A stretch of 63,526 bases of DNA, counting the filler, from Octopus bimaculoides (Eukaryota), in the NCBI RefSeq assembly GCF_001194135.2. It is 5 parts of 5 records of this genome, joined end to end, with 100 filler letters (N's around TTAATTAATTAA, not from the genome) between each part and the next. Parts side by side here need not be neighbours in the genome. Positions count along the whole stretch, not along the records: positions 37,002 to 42,412 come from NW_026365057.1; positions 42,513 to 55,068 come from NC_068981.1; 3 more parts are not named here. One strand, given 5' to 3'. Every line of letters starts with the position of its first letter. Position 1 is the stretch's first letter. Of the stretch, positions 40,281 to 53,439 are shown in pieces. The notes under the pieces were generated by a model that had not been told where the DNA came from, did no database searches, and saw only the letters and a program-made list of their open reading frames with translations. Position numbers and translations under genes: made by a program.

Positions 40281-40701
40281 ATACATACATACATACATAC
40301 ATATATATATACATACATACATACATACATGCATACCTGAATACATACATGCATACATGCATATATATATATATATATANNNNNNNNNNNNNNNNNNNNN
40401 NNNNNNNNNNNNNNNNNNNNNNNNNNNNNNNNNNNNNNNNNNNNNNNNNNNNNNNNNNNNNNNNNNNNNNNNNNNNNNNNNNNNNNNNNNNNNNNNNNNN
40501 NNNNNNNNNNNNNNNNNNNNNNNNNNNNNNNNNNNNNNNNNNNNNNNNNNNNNNNNNNNNNNNNNNNNNNNNNNNNNNNNNNNNNNNNNNNNNNNNNNNN
40601 NNNNNNNNNNNNNNNNNNNNNNATACATATATGTACGTACATTCACAGATATCCATACATGTATATATACGCAATGTACTCATACATACATACATACATA
40701 T

Positions 40702-40758
<57 letters not shown>

Positions 40759-41190
40759 TATATATAGAGAGAGAGGGGTAGAAAGAAGGAGAAAGCGAGA
40801 GACAAACAGACGGACAGAGAGTCAGACAGATTGCAAGGCTAGAGGTTGTGAATTAAGCTGAGACATTCTAAGTTATAACCCTATCAATTAGTTTTCGTCA
40901 ACAGTCGTAATTGTTCTTTAAATGCTTATTTTTGTTGTAATGAATGGCTACATTTGGTTGATTATGAATCATATTAGATCAGTTAATTAAACTCACTTTA
41001 CTCACCTCTTCCTTTACAAACCATTTAGAAAAGAAAAGCTACTCATCAACATTTATTATCACCTTACAAACTCGTCATATCTTTTCTATATCTTACACGT
41101 GCCTGATATGTGATTTTTGTTCTGCATTTCGTTTCAGCTAGCCGATCATTCTTTTGTAGTCTCATTGTCTTTCCTAAGTGTTGTACTGAT

Positions 41191-41191
41191 T

Positions 41192-41248
<57 letters not shown>

Positions 41249-41355
41249 ATAGTAGTAGTAGTGGTGGTGGTGGTGGTGGTGGTGACATTGGTGGTGGTGA
41301 CATTGGTGGTGCTGGTGGTGCTGGTACTGGTATTAGTGGTAGTAGTAGTAGTAGC

Positions 41356-41391
<36 letters not shown>

Positions 41392-41482
41392 TATGATGAT
41401 GATGATAATATTGTTGTTGTTGTTGTTGTCGGTAGTGGTGGTGGTGGTGGTGGTGGTGGTGATAATAATAAGGATGATGATG
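41191..41482. repeat. Compound trinucleotide repeat (AGT/GGT/GAT/GTT)n
   Basis: Seen directly; explains the ORFs at 41064-41553. Confidence 0.95.
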
Positions 41483-42412
41483 TCGTTCTGCGCCAAGATT
41501 TGCTCTGATTGAATAGACTTATGACCAGAAGCACTGTTAGACAGGAGTACCAAATCTGATTTCCATTCAAGTACCGATGGTATAGTTTTCCAATCTAGAG
41601 CGGTGGATTAGCAAATCATATACCTTGTGGTATTTGCTGCAGCTATTTGTATTCCCTATCCCTGGGTGACAGGCTGAATTCCTCCACTGTATTTAACACT
41701 TATTACTTTGGTACTCGGGTGCCTCAACAGAGTTTACTCTAATACACTCAACTGGAGCCGGCCTCTTATTTGAGGGTAATGCTATTTGCCTAGTCCATTG
41801 GCCTCTCTATCCCCCTTGACGGCGAAAAGAATCCCTATTTTTTGTCTATAGTGTATCTAGGACTACATTATCCAAATGATTCTTTCCATTTCTGAGACTG
41901 TTGCATAGAAGTTGAAGTAAATTTAGCTTATATTTGGAAGAGGCCGAGTTACCGGATGGAGGCGTGTTCTTCGTGTATCATTGAGTGTTGTGGTTATTTC
42001 AGATGGTTCCAATACTGGCATAAAACATGAGCAGTTTAGTATTTCTTTGTGCAAACGTGTAGTTTCGAGTTCAGTTTCAGTGCGTGGCACCTTGGGCAAA
42101 GAACTTCAGCTATTGCCCAGAACCGACCAATGCTTTGTAAGTGAATTGGGTGAATGCAAGGCATCCTTTGCGTTAATTCTAAGACTAAAATGGCTCGTCT
42201 TCCACCCTAGTCATTTTTGTAATCACTGGCATTTGCTAAAGTAACGGTTCGATAGTTTGAGCACTGAAATCGCAATGAGTTCTGCACAATATAGATGACG
42301 AGGAGTATTTTTACGTCTGCTTGCTAACTAATCTTCGTTAACTGCTGATAGCGTTTGACTTACTATTATATGTATATATATTCATTTACTGCTGCATATA
42401 TATATATATATA

Positions 42413-42512
42413 NNNNNNNNNNNNNNNNNNNNNNNNNNNNNNNNNNNNNNNNNNNNTTAATTAATTAANNNNNNNNNNNNNNNNNNNNNNNNNNNNNNNN
42501 NNNNNNNNNNNN
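42413..42512. other. Artificial scaffold-join spacer
   Basis: Identical 44 N / 12-mer / 44 N structure. Confidence 0.95.
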
Positions 42513-42945
42513 ACTGGGAAGGGATTATCCATTACGAATTGCTTGAACGGAACCAAACGGTCAACGCGGAACTCTATGTTCAACAGATGGAACAACTCAA
42601 CATGGCTATTCAAGAGAAAAGACCTAATCGGCAACATGGTGTTCTTCTGCTGCACAACAACGCCCGCCCTCATATCGCCAATATGACCAAGGAAGCCATT
42701 TAAACGCATAGCTGAGAAGTGCTGCCACACCCGCTGTATTTTCTTGATTTGGCACCAACGGATTTCCACCTCTTTCGATCTCTTTCAAATGCTATGCGCG
42801 GAGTTTCGTTCAATACTGATGCAGAATTGACAGCTTGGTTGGATCAATTTTTTGAGTCGAAATCGGGTGATTTCTACCAACGAGGTATTGAAAATCTTGT
42901 TGAAAGTTAGGAAGAAGTTGTAAACAATAAGGGTGAATGCATTAT
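42513..42945 (+). mobile_element. Mariner (DD34D) transposase C-terminal fragment
   Basis: GIIHYELL...TVNAELY..., LLHNNARPH, LPHP.Y..DLAPTDFHLFRSL, FY.RGI.NL; 5' end cut by a scaffold join. Confidence 0.85.
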
Positions 42946-43361
42946 TAATTAATGAAAAGCTGAGACTGTAGTACATCTACCACGTTAGAAGCTGTGCAAA
43001 GACAATAAAATAATAGTAATAATTCTTTCTGCTATAGACACATGACCTGAAATTTTTGGGAAGGGGTCGTCGATAACATCGACCCCAGTACTCAACTGAT
43101 GCTTATTTCATCGATCTCGAAAGAATGAAAACAAAGTCGACCTCGGCGGGATTTGAACTCTGGACTTAAAGACGGACGAATTGCTGTTAAGCACTTTGTC
43201 CGGCGTTTTAACAATTCTGCCAGCTCACCGTCTTTGGGTTATTTATCTGTATGTCATTCATTTTCACAAATCACCTATTAAGATTAAGAATGGTTTCTAT
43301 TACCATTACCAATATTCTGTTTCCAGATCCATTATATCTTGATAAGTTATCATCATCATCC

Positions 43362-43411
<50 letters not shown>

Positions 43412-43903
43412 GCTACTACTACACGAAAAGTATTACATGCTAATTTAATTAGCAGGGATTATTTTTCTTATCCTGTACTTTGGTAACAAGCCTCTTCAAA
43501 TTCCAAGAATTTTTCTTAACATTCTTGCAGAACCGATGAGATTTTTACCCCATTTCNNNNNNNNNNNNNNNNNNNNNNNNNNNNNNNNNNNNNNNNNNNN
43601 NNNNNNNNNNNNNNNNNNNNNNNNNNNNNNNNNNNNNNNNNNNNNNNNNNNNNNNNNNNNNNNNNNNNNNNNNNNNNNNNNNNNNNNNNNNNNNNNNNNN
43701 NNNNNNNNNNNNNNNNNNNNNNNNNNNNNNNNNNNNNNNNNNNNNNNNNNNNNNNNNNNNNNNNNNNNNNNNNNNNNNNNNNNNNNNNNNNNNNNNNNNN
43801 NNNNNNNNNNNNNNNNNNNNNNNNNNNNNNNNNNNNNNNNNNNNNNNNNNNNNNNNNNNNNNNNNNNNNNNNNNNNNNNNNNNNNNNNNNNNNNNNNNNN
43901 NNN

Positions 43904-43934
<31 letters not shown>

Positions 43935-43974
43935 GTACACATACAGATAAATATATACAAACACGTAGAGATAG

Positions 43975-44023
<49 letters not shown>

Positions 44024-44042
44024 GACAGAGAGACAGACAGAG

Positions 44043-44080
<38 letters not shown>

Positions 44081-44129
44081 ATAGATAGATAGAGAGAGAG
44101 AGAGAGAGGGATGGGAGAGAGAGAGGGAT

Positions 44130-44500
44130 ACTAAGTGCACTAATTACCAGAGGAGCAATTGTCACCTTTATATTCCTTATTCTGTTAATCCTTTTGGCTA
44201 AGTCCAAATAGTTCTCAATTTTTCTCAGTTTCTTCGGTAACCCCTCTATTATTCATATGGTACTGCAATGTCTGTGATTTTACACTGCGTATCCCACTTC
44301 TTACATTCATATATGATCACCTTGCGTCCGTGGTCAATTTTTATGGAGAAATCCCATAAAATCCTGTATTGATCATTCAGCATCGCAACCTCTGGCTCGT
44401 GTCTAAACTGCTTGTATGTCACTTCTGAACCGACAAATTTGGATAATACTCCAGTGCAGTTTTTACCAATACAGTCATAGTGGCACTTGTAACTGTTTCC
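44130..44500 (-). mobile_element. R4/Dong-like endonuclease-domain fragment
   Basis: HEPE..MLNDQYRILWDFSIKIDH ... C.ITDIAVPYE resembles the region around the PD-(D/E)xK motif of R4-clade elements. Confidence 0.65.
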
Positions 44501-44519
44501 TCTGTTAGCTAACTGCATT

Positions 44520-44950
44520 TACTTAAGTGGTGGATAATTTATGAGTTTAAATTCTGCCCAGGTCGACTTTGCCTTTGATCCTTTCGGAATCGACAAAATA
44601 AGTACCACTTGAGCATTGGTGTTGATGCAATTGATTTATCCACTTCGCTCGAAATTGCTGGCCTTGTTCCAAAATTTGAAACCGTTATTATTAGTAGTAG
44701 CATTATTATTATCATTAAATGTTCGCCCGTCGTTATATGAGTTCAAATTCCGCCAAGGTGACTTTACCTTTCATCCTTTTGGGGTCGATAAATTAAGTAC
44801 CAGTGAAACACTGGGCTCGGTGTGATCAACTAGACCTCTCCTCCGAAATTTCTGGCCTTGTGCCTATAGTAGAAAGGATCATTATTATTATCATTAAATT
44901 AAGGCGGCGAGCAGACAGAATCGTTAGCACGCCGGGCGAAATACTTACTG
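44520..44950 (+). mobile_element. Tandem SINE family B copies (two near-complete, one head)
   Basis: Same core as 21367-21577, separated by short (ATT)n tails. Confidence 0.7.
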
Positions 44951-46049
44951 TATTTTTGTAATAAAATATTATTATGAAGTGTATAAAAAAAATTAAGATA
45001 TGTTTTGCACTGTAGAAGCCTAAGTAATTTATTGCTCATAAATTTTAACTATAAAATCTTATAATTGACCCCAAAGGGTCATATGGACCTCGACTGAGAA
45101 CCACTTCTCAATAGAAAATATAGTACTGTAATAATTTACGAGCTTAAGATAGGTAGCATACGTGTAATTATGATGATCAAGCTCTATAAAATACTTTATG
45201 AAATTATGACACTGGATTTTTACGAAACAGCACATTGCAGACGAAATTACAGTTTTATCTTTTGTTTTTCTTTCTGTTTGACCGTATATTTTCTTATTGA
45301 AGAGACGCTAGCCACTTAAAAAAAAAAAGGTATATCTACTGCAGAAAGCCCATAATTATGTATGTATGTATGCGTACAGGCACACACCCATAACCCACTA
45401 TATACATCACACTATGTTGGACCATTGAACACTGCACATTTTTCTCTCTCCGTTTTTTTTTTTCATTCTCTCTCCATTTACCCGTCTTAACCCTTTCTGT
45501 CGAAGAGCGTAGGCTCGAAACGTAAAAGACTTTTCCATTCTTCCCGAACGTTAAACTTATGCACCTGTTTCTTGTTCCTACACTTCTCTTNNNNNNNNNN
45601 NNNNNNNNNNNNNNNNNNNNNNNNNNNNNNNNNNNNNNNNNNNNNNNNNNNNNNNNNNNNNNNNNNNNNNNNNNNNNNNNNNNNNNNNNNNNNNNNNNNN
45701 NNNNNNNNNNNNNNNNNNNNNNNNNNNNNNNNNNNNNNNNNNNNNNNNNNNNNNNNNNNNNNNNNNNNNNNNNNNNNNNNNNNNNNNNNNNNNNNNNNNN
45801 NNNNNNNNNAAATTAGAAATGATCTAATTAGAAATCAGCCTGGAGTAGCAAGACCAGCTGGCTGAAGTCCCTGAATGCAGACTAGGCTGGGTGGGGGTGC
45901 TTGTCTCACCCTCGCAAATATAAGGACACAGGAAATGTGTCAAGGCCGACAGGAAGCGATCGAGCTTCCTAGGGCTAAATAGCAGCAGTATGATTCCCTT
46001 ATTGGGACTGTCACATTAAGTTGACAGTATACAACTGCTATATATATAT

Positions 46050-46820
46050 ACACACAATATAAAGGACATAATGGAAATTAATATGCACAAGTCAGAGTTT
46101 GTAACACCACTACATCACATATGAAAAGCGAAATCATTAAAATGGCAGTGCTCTTTCCAAAGCTTGCACCATAACACCCTCAAGAGTTTCAGACCCTACT
46201 TCTCTGATTTCTCTATTGATGTTCTCCTTCAGTACCACCAGGGTCACCGGTTTGTTAACATAAACCCTCTCTTTCAGGTATCCCCTCAAGTAAAAGTCCA
46301 GGCTAGTCAAATCTGGGGAACGTGAAGGCCAGTTGACATTGCCATAGCAGAAGAATATTCTCTCTCCAAAGCACTGCCGTGGCACCCGCATTGTTTCTCC
46401 TGCGGTGTGAGTAGTTTCCCCATCTTGCTGGAACCATGTGTGAGGTTTACTTTGAATGGCTGGGCGCAAAAAAGTCTCAATCATGGATACCAGAAAAAGA
46501 GGGTCTTCGTCAACAAACCGGAGACCCTGGTGCTACTAAAGGAGAACATCAATAGAGAAATCAGAGAAGTGGGGTCTCAAACTCTTGAGGGTGTTATGGT
46601 GCAAGTTTTGGAAAGGGTACGGGCATTCAAAACTGAAAATGGCTGCCATTTAAGCGATGTCATTTTTCATATGTATTGTAGTGGTGTTGCAAAATTTGAC
46701 TTATGCATATTAAATTCCATTATGTCTTTTACATTGTATAAAAATTTCATGCATTTATTCGAAAAGTTAAAGACGTTATTAAAAATTGAAACTCATCAGT
46801 GACTTTTGGGACACGCTTTA
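46050..46820. mobile_element. Inverted pair of DD41D-type transposon 3' halves
   Basis: Minus ORF 46137-46484 contains WFQQDG-x41-D(FYL.GYLKE.VYVNKP). The same C-terminus (VFVNKPETL..LKENINREIREVG) recurs on + at about 46495-46660, ending in a TIR-like ttttgggacacgctt-ta. Confidence 0.8.
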
Positions 46821-46835
46821 TACACACACACACAC

Positions 46836-46912
<77 letters not shown>

Positions 46913-47256
46913 NNNNNNNNNNNNNNNNNNNNNNNNNNNNNNNNNNNNNNNNNNNNNNNNNNNNNNNNNNNNNNNNNNNNNNNNNNNNNNNNNNNNNNNN
47001 NNNNNNNNNNNNNNNNNNNNNNNNNNNNNNNNNNNNNNNNNNNNNNNNNNNNNNNNNNNNNNNNNNNNNNNNNNNNNNNNNNNNNNNNNNNNNNNNNNNN
47101 NNNNNNNNNNNNNNNNNNNNNNNNNNNNNNNNNNNNNNNNNNNNNNNNNNNNNNNNNNNNNNNNNNNNNNNNNNNNNNNNNNNNNNNNNNNNNNNNNNNN
47201 NNNNNNNNNNNNTATATATATATATTATATATATATTATATATATACACACACACA

Positions 47257-48160
47257 CCCATTCTCACTTAACGTTAAGAACTTAGCTAAATCCTTCTTTA
47301 AAATACTAGACTCTAACATCCCTCGGCAGCATAAATATCATTCTATCTTTAATCGATCCACCCTGAAACGATCTTATTCTACCTCACCCAACTTCGAATC
47401 TATTGTAGCAGCCTCTAATAAGCAAAAGCTTTCTCTTTACTATCAAAACTCAAATGATTATAACTCTATTCATACGAACATTCAACACACACACAGCTCC
47501 AGCACAGATACCCTTACATTAGACCACAACCACAACCCAACCCATCCTACTGACACTGCCAGGAACATCACCACAATCTCTGCCACCCTAACAAATAGTA
47601 CAATTAATAGCAACAATAATAATAATAACAATGATGTTAATGATAATGTTAATAATATTAATAATCTAGAATCTTCTACCCCCTTCTCTAAACTCTCCTC
47701 TGACGATATTACCTCCTCTATTCCTTAACACATTCCCCAAAATTCACCTAATTGTAATTGCGTCCTGGAACCATCTGCCCGTTATAAACCTATTGCAGAA
47801 GATATGATGTAATTTACAAATGCACTATCCTTAATCTGTTACACAACTCTACAGCCATATACATAGGATCAACCAAAAATTTGAAGCAACGATATGCCGC
47901 TCACCTTCATTCATTTAGACACGAAAAACATAGTAAATCCAAAACATTCGCCAACCACATACATCATCTCAAAAATACAAATATATCCTATACTCTATCA
48001 TGGTCCATACTGGATTCAGGGCTTCCCTATCGAGGTCAACGCTCGACATGCAAGCTTTACCTGAAGGAGGCACTTCACATATTAAAGAACAATTCTCCAG
48101 CACTGCTAAATAATCATAATGAGGCACTAAGCACATGCAACCACCGCTGTTTTTCACACA
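47257..48160 (+). mobile_element. Penelope-like element relic: RT-EN linker plus GIY-YIG endonuclease
   Basis: PFSLNVKNLAKSFFKILD...HKYHSIFNRSTLKRSYS; then CNC...CP...C...VIYKC...YIGSTKNLKQRY..H..SF...W.IL....Y....CKL.L.E...I...LLN...E.LS.C.H. Confidence 0.8.
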
Positions 48161-50183
48161 TTCAAATTCTACCACAAATCCAAATGCCTAAAAGACCATA
48201 CAGTATATTTCCACAATACCCCTTAGGTAATCCCAATAATCTTATAAATCTACTCCTAATCCCTATACAATTTCCTCACTCATACTCGAATATCACAACT
48301 ATCTAATTATATTCGTTTGTATAGGCGTGCATGCATATGTGCATACGTATGTGTGTGTATTCAAAACTGTATCAAATTCTGGTCAACGCAGGGACCCTGG
48401 AAACAGCATGAGTTGCTTCAAGGGGTGTGTAGATGAGAAAATATCAGCAATGGAAAGACAAAGGATAGCTAGACAGTATCTAGGGTTTGAACTATACATC
48501 TTACCATCTTGACACTGGATCATGTAATTATAGAAATAGAAATATTGTCTGGGGAAAAAAAACAGGATGCTCTCTACTGTAATTGTCGATCATAGGTCTG
48601 TTCCATCAAGCTAAACAACAACAAACAAACAAACAAACAAAGAAGCTGGCATTCACATTCAGCAACTAGAAACAATATCATCGCTACTATGTAACAGCAT
48701 GTAGTATAGCTAATGGTATGTATCGTTTGTGTTTGCTTGTTTGTGCATGTATTTGGGGAGAGGAGGAGGAGACACGCCTTAGAATGGGAGTGTATATCCA
48801 GTTGACAGAGCTTGTTTGTCTTAATGTGCAAGCTTATGGGTGTTCATATATATGTGCGTATGTAAATATTTCGGCACGTATGTGTGTACGCGTATGAGTC
48901 TGTGGTAACAGTTGACGATTGTTGTACATACATACATACATACATACATACATACATACATACATACATACATACATACGTATATGACTNNNNNNNNNNN
49001 NNNNNNNNNNNNNNNNNNNNNNNNNNNNNNNNNNNNNNNNNNNNNNNNNNNNNNNNNNNNNNNNNNNNNNNNNNNNNNNNNNNNNNNNNNNNNNNNNNNN
49101 NNNNNNNNNNNNNNNNNNNNNNNNNNNNNNNNNNNNNNNNNNNNNNNNNNNNNNNNNNNNNNNNNATTGTTGTACATACATACATACATACATACATACA
49201 TACATACATACATACATACATACATACGTATATGACTACCTACACACACACTTATATAAAGTATAGACACACATATATATATATAATATAATATATGTAT
49301 ATGTGTATGTATATGTATATATTTATAGACACACATACATACATATCTATACAGATACATACATCGTAGGTAGATAGACAGGTAGATAGTTAGATAGATA
49401 GATAGATAGATAGACAGGTAGACAGGTAGACAGGTAGATAGGTAGATAGATAGATAGATAGATAGATATGGATTCAAACTTACAAACGGTTTGAAGCATA
49501 CATATGTATATGCGTGACATGAATATCTATACTGGATTCTTGGCGAATGTGTGTGATCGCTTCGTTATACAAATAAACGTCTTTGTGCCTAACAATGCCT
49601 ATTTCAAGCTATGTATGCATACCAGTTCTTGTGTATGCATAACTGTAAGTCGATGTGTGTACACTTATGCGTACCTACAAATGTGCTTGTGTATATAAAG
49701 ATATGGTTGTGTATAGTCTTGATGTATATATATATAAATATATATGTATGTGAGTATTTGTGAGTGTATTTGTGTCTGTTAGGGTATGTTTCTCAGTGTG
49801 TGTGTGTGCGCGCGCGCGCGTAGACATTCGCGTGATGTTACATCCGTTAGGATTTCCTCACCTTTGAGAAAGGGGAAACCAATTGCCTGTTTGCTGAATG
49901 TGACTGGAAAGATACAGTTTAAAAGGAATATCGAAGCTAACCCATCATCATCTCATCCATGTATACACAGTGTCAACTTTGTATTCAATCATCAAACTAC
50001 ACATACCGTCTATATACACTCCCTCTCGAATCCTTCACTGTTTATTTATCTTCAATCATTTTGGCTATACTGAGATATTGGTTGGTTTGTTTTAACTTCC
50101 CTTCCCAATATATACATACACATACACATACATATATACATACATGCATGTACATAAACATATACATATACATNNNNNNNNNN

Positions 50184-50215
<32 letters not shown>

Positions 50216-50225
50216 GCATACATAC

Positions 50226-51730
50226 ACGCTTCCAATGGAGACATAAACACGAAGCTGTTTGCCGCTGGCAGATACAAAACACATCCCAAAACAATTGTCG
50301 AAAAATTACCGGCCAATTGCATTCCAGAATCCTATGTATAAAATGCCTGAGCCTGCTCTTCCAAGATCTTTGTCATAGGCATAACATCATCATAGCTGAA
50401 TAAGCAGCTGGAAAGAAAGTAGATTTCTCGATCAAGAAAACTGTGATGTCAGAAGCGTGGCAAGTATAAGAGGAACTTGAACATAGGCACAAGAGTGGTT
50501 GTGTGGTAAGTAGCTTGCTTACCAGCCACATGGTTCCGGGTTCAGTCCCACTGCGTTGTCTTCTGCTACAGCCTCGGGCCGACCAAAGCCTTGTAAGTGG
50601 ATTTGGTAAACGGAAACTGAAAGAAGCCCGTCGTATATATGTATATGTATATATATATATGTGTGTGTGTTTGGGTGTCTGTGTTTGTCCCCCCCCCAAC
50701 ATCACTTGACAACGATGCTGGTGTGTTTACGTCCCCGTAACTTAGCGGTTCGGCCAAAGAGGCCGATAGAATAAGTACTAGGCTTACAAAGAATAAGTCC
50801 TGGGGTCGATTTGCTCGACTAAAGGTGGGGCTCCAGCATGGCCGCAGTCAAATGACTGAAACAAGTTAAAGAGTAAAAGAGTAAAAGAGNNNNNNNNNNC
50901 CCCCCCCCAACATCACTTGACAACGATGCTGGTGTGTTTACGTCCCCGTAACTTAGCGGTTCGGCCAAAGAGGCCGATAGAATAAGTACTAGGCTTACAA
51001 AGAATAAGTCCTGGGGTCGATTTGCTCGACTAAAGGTGGGGCTCCAGCATGGCCGCAGTCAAATGACTGAAACAAGTTAAAGAGTAAAAGAGTAAAAGAG
51101 TATAGTCTGACTGAATTAAAGAAAACTTTCAATTCTTTCCTTCATTCGCGGCTGCAAGAGAACCTTCAACTTGTTGAAGTCCCAGATACCATTATAAAAA
51201 TCATAGACAATCGGACCCCGTCCTGAACCGCCATTCTCAAGTTAAATACAGAAAGAGGTTCTTTAATCACTTATAGGATACAGTATCACAGAAGTATATA
51301 AGTCTCTTTGTAACTTCCAGTAAATCACTTCTGTACGTTTTTTGTTAAGGAAATCTGAAGGTTATGCGATTGGCATAAGAGATAGAGACACCGTCCTAAC
51401 ACATTTTTCTTGGTAGACGTTGAGAAAATATATGCCAAGTATATGGTAGGTATGAAAAAGATTTGAGATAGTTGTGACAATCTCAAAAGATAACGGGGTG
51501 GAGTCTGCTCAGGATAAGCGTTCTTAGAAGAAATAACTCCAAACCCATCTGGTAACATTATCATAAATGTGCTGATATCGGATGAGAATGCTACATGTAC
51601 TTAGGAACGAATGAAAATATCTCTTGGAACTTGTAACATGGAACATGTAATCAGTGAATATAACACCAGAATAAAGAAAACATTGGCTCCAATAGCACAC
51701 AGATGTATTTGCATCTTTGCACGTACAAAT
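50226..51730 (+). mobile_element. Highly decayed R4/Dong-like RT fragment interrupted by a SINE
   Basis: PKT..KNYRPIAFQN.MYK at about 50280-50345; after the SINE, KKTFNSFLHSRL.E.L....VP..II, GYAIG and FLVD (FVDD-like) motifs. Confidence 0.6.
50486..51100 (+). mobile_element. SINE family A; 3' part duplicated across a 10-N gap
   Basis: About 50690-50889 is repeated at 50900-51100. Confidence 0.75.
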
Positions 51731-52870
51731 CGAAATCTGGGCAAATTAGATATATCAATGTTTATGATTTAGACAACTGTAAATCCTTAGCGTTTCAGCT
51801 TGCTTCTGCATTAAATTATACCCGCCTGATAAGTCTATATTAACACACTTCTGATTTTCTTTTTTATCGGAAATTGTGTCAGATTTACTCTGTGCAAGTC
51901 AATAATTCTTCAGTATGCTATAACACGCCATATGGTTTATGCATTATCGTTTTGTAAGGTGGAATTTCATTGCAGTAACAGAATATTTCCTTAAAGAAAT
52001 TGAAACAAGATAACAAGGGGGAAATAGATAATTTTGCTATGGTATTACATCTGAAAGTATATGTTATGGGATCTCAGGTCGTTCATCCTGATACAATAAA
52101 GAGTATTATTTCGGGAAAGAGACCTCAAACAGACGCTAATTATTATACTCCTTCCTCTCAATATACCAAAATGTGATTACTCTTTCCTCACCGACAAATA
52201 TTGCGGTTTTTTTTNNNNNNNNNNNNNNNNNNNNNNNNNNNNNNNNNNNNNNNNNNNNNNNNNNNNNNNNNNNNNNNNNNNNNNNNNNNNNNNNNNNNNN
52301 NNNNNNNNNNNNNNNNNNNNNNNNNNNNNNNNNNNNNNNNNNNNNNNNNNNNNNNNNNNNNNNNNNNNNNNNNNNNNNNNNNNNNNNNNNNNNNNNNNNN
52401 NNNNNNNNNNNNNNNNNNNNNNNNNNNNNNNNNNNNNNNNNNNNNNNNNNNNNNNNNNNNNNNNNNNNNNNNNNNNNNNNNNNNNNNNNNNNNNNNNNNN
52501 NNNNNNNNNNNNNNNNNNNNNNNNNNNNNNNNNNNNNNNNNNNNNNNNNNNNNNNNNNNNNNNNNNNNNNNNNNNNNNNNNNNNNNNNNNNNNNNNNNNN
52601 NNNNNNNNNNNNNNNNNNNNNNNNNNNNNNNNNNNNNNNNNNNNNNNNNNNNNNNNNNNNNNNNNNNNNNNNNNNNNNNNNNNNNNNNNNNNNNNNNNNN
52701 NNNNNNNNNNNNNNNNNNNNNNNNNNNNNNNNNNNNNNNNNNNNNNNNNNNNNNNNNNNNNNNNNNNNNNNNNNNNNNNNNNNNGAGCCATAGAATAGAA
52801 GTAGCCCATTTAGTTGCAGCCACTGGTTGCCGTTGACACATTCAATAATTTTAATTTTTTACTGTAAACA

Positions 52871-53075
52871 AGGCGGTGAGCTGGCAGAAACGTTAGCCCG
52901 CCGGGTGAAATGCTTAGCGGTATTTCGTCTGCCGTTATGTTCTGAGTCCAAATTCCGCCGAAGTCGACTTTGCATTTCATCCTTTCGGGGTCGATAAATT
53001 AAGTACCAGTTGCATGCTGGAGTCGATCTAATCGACTGGCCCCCTCCCCAAAAGTTTCGGGCCTAGAGTAGAAAA
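52871..53075 (+). mobile_element. SINE family B, well-preserved copy
   Basis: aaggcggtgagctggcagaaacgttagc...gtcgactttgc.tttcatcctttcggggtcgataaattaagtaccag. Other copies lie at about 32150-32330 (-), 43045-43232 (-) and 56680-56872 (+). Confidence 0.75.
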
Positions 53076-53439
53076 ATTTTTTTTACTGTAAATATAATAC
53101 ACAGTACAAAACTTCGCTCCGTATGGCAATATTCATTATGCATTTATAATAAAACAAGGGAATGTAAGGCAACACTGTATATATCAATCCTACTATACCA
53201 CACATATTTACAGATGCAAAACTTTTGCATTAACTTATATCCACCTGATATGTATATCCAAGAAGCTGATATCTTTTGCATTTTCTCGGCACTATAATTA
53301 CTACGAAAATTTTGAGTTTCTAGCTAAATGATGATTACATGTGCTTTTATTCCAGACCGATTATATATATGAGTGAAGCTCTTAAAGGTTTTTCTGGGTC
53401 GCTTTTCAATGAATCGCAAATACTTCTCGACTGAGAAGT

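Noticed and set aside
48376-48420. CTGGTCA...CAGG/CCTG-GAAAC next to the Penelope relic
   Set aside because: Two core mismatches and no convincing stem I or stem III.
50690-51100. Apparent tandem duplication of a SINE 3' half; likewise 48929-48988 versus 49166-49235
   Set aside because: Identical sequence on both sides of an N gap indicates unmerged contig overlap.
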